A stretch of 64,000 nt of DNA from Azolla caroliniana (taxonomy: Eukaryota; Plantae; Polypodiophyta). Below are positions 56,642-64,000 of this stretch, piece after piece. A program made the position numbers and the translations under genes. Location of the stretch: the NCBI GenBank assembly GCA_043228905.1, contig JBHGNT010000012.1, positions 10,602,001-10,666,000 of the forward strand, read 5' to 3'. The notes beneath the pieces were generated by a model. That model saw nothing but the letters and a program-made list of their open reading frames with translations. It was not told the DNA's origin and made no database searches. Within the stretch, counting starts at the first letter, position 1. Every line of letters begins with the position of its first letter.

Positions 56642-59600
56642 ATGGCAAACTGCGGAGATCGTTCTCAGAAGACGAACTCAGAAGTAGTTGAAGTAGTAGA
56701 AGAAGAAGAGACAGGATCAGCCAACATATCCGTTTCAGTTGAAGGAAATCATAATAACCGTAATACCTCTTCTTCTGTTTCTTCTTCTTCTTCTTCTACT
56801 TCGACAATGCATCGATCTCCTTCGAGGCCCCAGTTGGATCTTAGCGGGGCAGCAATCCAAGGATCTGCAGAGGAACGAACTCCTGCAATTCTTCTTCCCA
56901 ACCAGAGTGATGATATCTCTCATTTTGCTATCGATATTGGAGGTTTTCTTTTCTATCTTATGTTCCTTTTGTTTTCAAAAAAAGAAGTTTACATGCATTG
57001 TGCAGTGGTTGCTCTCTACATTTGTAAGGATTTATAGTGGGAATTTTTTCTTTAATTTCTCAGCAAAGTCTAGTGTAGTGTTTTTCTTGTAAGGGTTTAT
57101 AAACAGATTTTTTTCATCAAAAACCTCTCCCCCCTCTCTTTGCCACTGTCATTGTCCATCTCTTTCTTAGGTTTCTTTGGCTTTTTTAGAAAGCATTCTA
57201 TACATTTGGTGTTTTCTCCTTTGTAATCATGCGTAAGCACTTCTCTCCATAGGAAATTCGTCTCGCTTGCTTGTCTTTCGTCGGTTTCACCAATCATTAC
57301 GTGTGGTTGTTGTTTTCAGTAAGCACTCATAAACATGCGTTTGCCATGTGGATTCTATATGATGTACAATCTTTAATTTCGGAACTTTAATTTACGTTAA
57401 GCAAAGATAAAGCGTTGCAAATTTGAGATAAGACGGTCCAAAAAGAAATCAACCTTTGTTTCCTAGGGGAATGCATTTTTGAACTTTTAGAAGTGAACAC
57501 GATTTCCTTGTTTTCTTGATGAAAAATCAACCTTCATGCAGGAAATTATAACAAAATTACCTATTCTCAAGCTGGGCGAATTGAGAATGGTTTAAAGTTG
57601 AACTTGAGTTTATAATTTTAGATTAGGAAGAGTCCATGTATCTCAGAAATAATACTCATAATAGTCTGGTACCACTATCTCTCCCTCTCTAATCTATATT
57701 TAGTCAATAACAAAGTAATGCGCACATTCAAGATGATCTCTTAACAAAGTGAAGTCGTCCTTGCATATGATGCATGGTTTTTGTGGAAACCAGCCTCTCT
57801 ACCAGCTATAACTTCTGGAAATTCGCCATTGAAAAAAACTTTGCCTTTCACTTGCATTGGTAAAAGTTTATGCGTTTCTCAATGTGTGGCTAGATTTATC
57901 AACTTGCTGCTCTGGTTGATATATGTTGCAATGTTTCTTGGAACATGCAAGAAGAGTTTTTATTACATAAGTTGTAAAATTTCTATGACTTTGTTTGACA
58001 CATGCTGTATCATATCATATGCTAGCCAACACTTGACAAACACCCGGTAAGACTCATGCATGATTATAAATATTCCAATAAAATTTCATTTCACTTTTCA
58101 TGCAGGTTCTTTGATCAAGATTGTTTACTTCTCAAGGCATTCTGATAGCGCTAAAAAACCATTTAGTACAACAGTTCATGGGTTGGAGCGACGTAGGGAG
58201 ACGCTGATCCCTAGTTTAAGAAATATATTCCCTATTCTTGGTGGTCGTCTCCATTTTGTCAAATTTGAAACGAGCAAGATGAACGAGTGTGTTGATTTCA
58301 TTGTGTCAAAGAAACTTTATTCAAGCAGGATTGCTTGTAAGCCTCTTTCCATTTATTTAAATTGATTTGATTGCTTTTTTATTGTAATGATCAGAAGCCT
58401 TTTTGTCACTTGCAAATTTAAATACTAGGACATTTACATTTACCACCAGTCTAGAGAAGAAACTCTTCAATTGTCTGTTGTTTATATAATCAATATGAAA
58501 CCCCACTCCTAATAGAGAGAGGGAGAGATATTTGTGCAAGAGAGCATTGAATACCTGTTCGTGTATGGTTTGACGAGCTATAATTGTGTAGGCCAGGACA
58601 TAGACAAGTTAGAGTTGACTGCAGGTTCATATGATGGACCTATCATCAAGGTATTAGTTGGGTTGAAAGGTTTTGATTCAGATGACTTCTATATATCTAA
58701 GCTACATTAACAATTACATGTCTTTCTAGGCAACAGGTGGTGGGGCATTCAAATATGCGGATGTATTAAAAGAAAAACTTGGAGTGACCATGGAGAAGGA
58801 GGACGAAATGGATTGTCTTGTTGCAGGGCTAAATTTTTTGTTAAGGGTATTTTACCCGTCTGCTCTTACTACTGTGATTTTATGTAACCTGTAAGAAGCA
58901 TATGAGACTTTATAATGAATCATATTAGTTACGATATGCAAGTTTATAGTTTGGTTGTTTCATACAGAGTAACATAGAGCTTCTGTATAGCTCATTGTAT
59001 AAAGTAGTCCACATCCTGTTTGCTGATAGAGTAGTCTCTAATAGTTTAGAATTATATTTAAAGATAAGTTACAGCAGATAAAAATTAACATTAACTTTAT
59101 GCATATTACATACATCTTTACATACAGCTAAGGCTATCTCCATGTTTATGTCGTGCCAGGCTATCCGAGATGAAGCTTTTACACACATGGAAGGGCAAAA
59201 GAAATTTGTTCAGATTGATCCTAATGATATGTTTCCTTATCTTCTTGTCAATATTGGATCAGGTGTTAGCATGATCAAGGTAAGATGAATCAATTTCATC
59301 AATTCTGGTTTAGGTACTTCTATAAGCAAGGAAAATGTCCCATCTAGGTGGATGGCGATGGAAAATTCCAAAGAGTTAGTGGCACTAATGTTGGAGGTGG
59401 TACATTTTGGGGCCTTGGTCGCCTTCTAACCAAATGCAAAAGGTATCTAACCATCTCAGGTACTGGTCGTTTATGATTTGTGTTCATGCAACAGTTTAAC
59501 TAATGCAAGCGTAAAACAAATACTGTCTTGCTGTATGGAAAATTCTAAAATATAACCTATGATTTCATGTAATACCCATGTAAAAAAAGATACTAACTAA

Positions 59601-61876
59601 AATTGACCTTGGAACGTATAAAACATTTCTTCCACAAGAAGGTGGGGAAAAGCAAAATACTCGAAGCCCCATTGTGTCTTGTAAACTCAGGAGGGAAAAG
59701 GATAAAAGATGATGTTAACATCTATACATGTGTGTAATGGAAATATAGCTGATGACATTGAGTTATAGTATCACATTTTTTTTGAAATTGGCTCCCTTCG
59801 TTTGAGGTATTGAGAAACGTGGTGTTGGGTTTTAATGGGTTTAAGGTAAGAAGAGCCCTAGATGAATTTGGTCAGATGCTCAATTGGCATACTGTTTCTT
59901 TGTATCACGTGGCTTCTTTTTCCACGAAACATGACACTTGTTGTGGTTGGCCATCTTTACATTTTTAATCGTTGTGGTGGGCAGGTTAATGTTCTTCTAT
60001 GTTAGTTCCCTGATTACATGAAGACGTAGGCTTTTAATTCTTTGAGTCCTGACAAACCACCAGATAAAGATCCTTTACACGAGTCGTTATAACCACAAGA
60101 CTGAAAATCCTTAACATGAATCTTTATAATGGGTACAAAGGTGTTGCCCAGTCAATAGGCTGACAATTCTTAGCATGAATCTTTATAGTGGGCACGATGG
60201 TATTGCCCAGCCAGCACGTAGAATTCTGAACCATTGTCATTTGGGACAGAGACTCCACCAAGGCAAGGAATCATGTACTGAATTCTTTTAGTTGGCTCTT
60301 TTGTCTCAGTTTTGATGAAATACTGGAGCTTAGTCAGAAAGGCGATAATAGTGCAGTAGACATGCTGGTGGGGGACATTTATGGTGGTCTTGATTATAGC
60401 AAGGTTCTGTATCCATCCATGTTTAACCACAGCAAAAATATAATTTTTTCATTAAGTTGTCATTCAGGGACATAAGAAGAGCAATGCCTAAACATTATCT
60501 CGTAATTAATCAATCAGATCGGTCTTTCTGCTTCAACAATTGCTTCAAGTTTTGGAAAGGTGACTTCAGCAAACAAGGACCTTGAAGATTATAAAAGAGA
60601 GGATATTGCTCTTTCCTTGCTTCGTATGATCTCTTACAACATTGCTCAGGTGTTCATCCTAAATCTAAGAGGTTAAAACAAGTTTGTAAATAGGGCAATT
60701 TGTGATCTGAAATGCTGTAAGTGTTGCACAGATTGCATACCTCAATGCACTTCGGTATGGTTTGAAACGGATATTCTTCGGAGGTTTCTTTATTCGTGGG
60801 CATGCATATACCATGGATACAATTTCTTTTGCTGTTGGTTTCTGGTATGTTTGTATTGATTTTACATAAGAACTTTTATAATAAAAATGTTTCTGCACTC
60901 GTCAAAAACTTGTGACCTTTTCAATATGGACTTGAAATAAAATTTTGTTGCCAGAAACATGCTAAAAAATTGACTAGAATTTAAAATGGATGAGTAGGTC
61001 TAAAGGTGAAGCACAAGCAATGTTCCTACGACATGAGGGGTTCTTAGGTGCTTTGGGAGCATTTTTGAGTTACGATAAAAGTGGATTTGCTGATTTGACA
61101 TCTCATCAATTTGTGGAGAGATTCCCTATGGGTGCACCTTGTGCAGGTGGAGAAATCCAAGGTCCACCTATTAGAGATCTTAATGAGAAGGCAAGTAAAA
61201 TTGGAAGTTTTTCACTAAGTGAATAATAACTAAATAGTATGTATGCTTTTGTTTCCATGGTTGTTTTATGGAGACATGCAACTTTCATGGACCCACAGTC
61301 ATTAATCATAGAGGAACGCCCTAGTCCCGGATTCGTGGATGGAAATTCTTGGATGAGAGCTCAAAGTTGTTGAAACATGGATTGCGATGTTCTCCAAATG
61401 GCCCTGAGTTTAGTTTTCTCCCCAACCACCCTTTTGAAACCCATGAAAGAAGTAAAAGGAGATATGTTAAGCATATAATCTTCCAATAGCACATATGATT
61501 GAGAAAAAGGGTATGAATTCACCATATAAAGATTGCTCTCTCTGGGCTCGACTAAAGGCATTTGGGGAAGTCAGGACAACTTAGGGTAATTTGGGAAAAT
61601 AAAGAAAAAAATTAAGGGTATTTCGAACTTTCTCCTGATTTTTACAACGTTTTCTTGTTTGCAGATTACATGGATGGAAAAATTCATTCAACGGGGGGTT
61701 GAGATCACTGCACCTGTCCCAAAAACTGTTCCTGGCACTACTGGTGTAGGTGGTTTTGACCGCCCTCTTGCGCGTTCAGGGTCATTACGCTCAGATGCAA
61801 GTGCAGCTCTCAATGTTGGCGTGCTCCATCTTATGCCCTCGATAGGAACATTTCCACTGTTGAAGGACCCTAAGGG
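56642..61876 (+). CDS. PANK2: Pantothenate kinase 2 (plant PanK with C-terminal DUF89 extension); first 11 coding exons, gene continues beyond the window
   Basis: Exons 56642-56942, 58106-58336, 58592-58650, 58730-58846, 59160-59279, 59348-59442, 60310-60403, 60518-60649, 60732-60844, 60998-61190 and 61665-61876 join in frame: [80 protein letters not shown]. Confidence 0.93.
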
Positions 61877-63364
61877 GTAAATAACAAAACAATTTTGTTC
61901 AGTTGTCCAGCAAGTGTTAGGTTTTTCATTGACTGAATCTCATGTTAGAAGAAAGAAGAAAGATATATTATCGTCTTTTAAGAAGCCAAAATGGCCTATA
62001 AGACCAAACAAAAGAGTACATCTTAAGTGTTGTCTTGTCTTTGAGAACAACAAATAAAAAAAGAGAGTAAATAATACTCAGTAAATATAAAATTATATAA
62101 GATAAAAAGAGATGAGGGAATCTGGTTTTCGGCACATGTGAGATTCTCAAGTTAGATATATTGTAGCTTTTGTCTTCGGATCTCTAGCATAGGTCGATCC
62201 AGAATGGAGATGTCTCCGAAGCGAGGGAAGCACCTGCGATTAGAGAGAATTGAAAAAGAGTCGATATTTTTCTTACAATTTATAGCAAAAGATGATGGCC
62301 TGAAGTGTAAGTCGAAGTTTTGACCTCAGCCTGTCCCTAATTATGCATACTTTGGTCAACTCTAGTATATGGTTGAAAGAGAATCCTTGATCTTTCTCGT
62401 GTTGTTTTGCATGCCAACACATGTCAGTGGAAGTGGCTTTATTATTATGTTATTTCATGGAATTCAAACTTTTTGTTTTCTGTTCTTTCTTATGTGTATA
62501 TGGTTTTCTCACCAGATTCCCTCTAGGGAGACCATATAAGTGATAAATTCATGTGCCTTTGTGTTAGGGATGACCAAAGCAACATTATCTCCTATTAAGA
62601 TTCTAGCCCTATAATATTCGAGTAGATTATGGGCTCTCCAAGTCTACGGTACTGCCTTTGAATTCTGATAACCGATTTGATGAATGCATTCTCTCTTCTA
62701 CCCCATGGGATCGAGCATTGAAACTTTTTCATTCTTTGCCTTCTTTTATGAATCCTCTCTAGTATCAAGGGATTCTTTCCATTTCCTGCTCTAGTAAGTG
62801 TTACTTTGTTTTTGTTTATCACATTAGTTATAACCATTGGGCAAGAAGGTATTGCATGGAGAGTGGAATACCTGAGGGCGAATGATCCCTTGATTGGAGG
62901 AGCCAAGGCTGGCAAACCTTGGGAACAACATGTTGTCATTCTAGTTACCGTTGGGTTCCAAGGTTCATGGACACTTGTAAACCTGTACTTAATAAAGTCA
63001 CTTTAGCCTAGATCCTAAATAAACTCACTTAAAAGTTACAAGTAGATAAATGAATGGGCTAAGATATGTTTTTGAAGAGAGGACATTTGGCAGCATGAGA
63101 AGACTTTCCTTTCTGCCTTATTCAAACAATCCTCTTTTGATGTAGAGCTCGAAATCCAGTTTAGGGTTTATTTAAAGCGAAGAGTCATTTAGATTGTTGA
63201 AATAGACTTAAACAGTTGGCTGTGTTTTTGGGGTTGGGATCCATCTTATTGTACCCTTCTCATTTGTCCTTCTAGGTACTTTTGCCCTCTTAAAAGATGT
63301 TAATACATCTTTCTTTCACTGATCCTCTGTTTATGTAATAGTCTACTGATCTCTCTCACAGATT

Positions 63365-63488
63365 CTCTGCGTTTTCTGCAATATCTGATCCTTTGCGTTT
63401 TCTGCAATGTCTGATGCTCTGCGTTTTTTGCAAAATTTGATTCTTTGCATTTTCTGCCAAGTCTGATCCCTTGTGTTTTCTGCCAAGT
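63365..63488 (+). repeat. 26-bp degenerate tandem repeat (~5 units) in a PANK2 intron
   Basis: Unit approximately CTYTGCGTTTTCTGCAATRTCTGATY. Confidence 0.75.
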
Positions 63489-63570
63489 AGGAATTCCTGG
63501 AATCTATATTATTCCCTCTGCTCTCTGCCCTCTGCATTTCATACCCTGTACCTATTGTCCGATAAACACC

Positions 63571-64000
63571 ATGGATTCTGAATGGACAGAAAATGAAGCT
63601 ATGGATCTCAACACCCACGAAGAGGGTTCAGATCCATGGAAGACTCCAAGAAGATACCATAGGCGAAAAGGACGGGATGGAAACACCCCGAATAGTGTTA
63701 AAAGGGCACACAAGACACCCAAAATGCAGGCTTCATTCGACATTCCCGTTGATGTTGAAAAGGAGAAACATGGTCTATTTAATTACGTCATTTGATTACG
63801 CAAGAGATCAGTCTTATTAGAGAGGAGATAGAGAGAGCACTAAAAGAAGAAATGAAAAAGGAGATAGAAAAACAAAAAACAAAGTATTATGCCTCTCTCA
63901 AGATTGAGTTATTAGAAGAGATGCGGAAAGACATAACAAGCCATCTCAAGAAATCAAACTTAGAGCTTAAGGATGACATGACACAATACCTTAAGGATGA
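63571..64000 (+). pseudogene. Possible decayed TE ORF (LINE ORF1-like) in the intron
   Basis: MDSEWTENEAM…WKTPRRYHRRKG followed by charged coiled-coil-like sequence with stops; no diagnostic motif. Confidence 0.3.

Noticed and set aside
62595-63006. Further PANK2 exons or a nested gene
   Set aside because: The expected continuation (YEPNT…) was not found, and the ORFs have no recognisable motifs

Overview
This is a eukaryotic nuclear window, most likely from a seed-free land plant (moss, lycophyte or fern type, inferred from the TE lineages and intron structure). Bases 1-54.6 kb are a deep nest of LTR retrotransposons. They include Tork/Tnt1-like and other tRNA-iMet-primed Copia elements, Athila-like Gypsy elements with a large extra 3' ORF, tRNA-Trp-primed Phygy-like Gypsy elements (one apparently intact and very young, 21990-29381), and two self-priming Tcn1-like chromoviruses. 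A decayed LINE (~54.9-56.3 kb) follows, then the first 11 exons of a pantothenate kinase 2 gene (56642 onward). The most striking observation concerns the Athila-like family. It has a normal tRNA-Arg PBS but no polypurine tract next to its 3' LTR. Two divergent copies instead carry a sense copy of a tRNA 3' end (…GTCCCACGGGYGTGCCA) inside a covarying hairpin, 2 nt before the LTR, which suggests tRNA or tRNA-mimic priming of plus-strand synthesis. Other signals are antisense tRNA-like A/B-box modules in the U3 of several Gypsy families, heat-shock elements in the chromovirus LTRs, a -1 frameshift pseudoknot placed between protease and RT, and strong CCGG enrichment in young elements. tRNA and lineage identities are from recalled sequences and need database confirmation.
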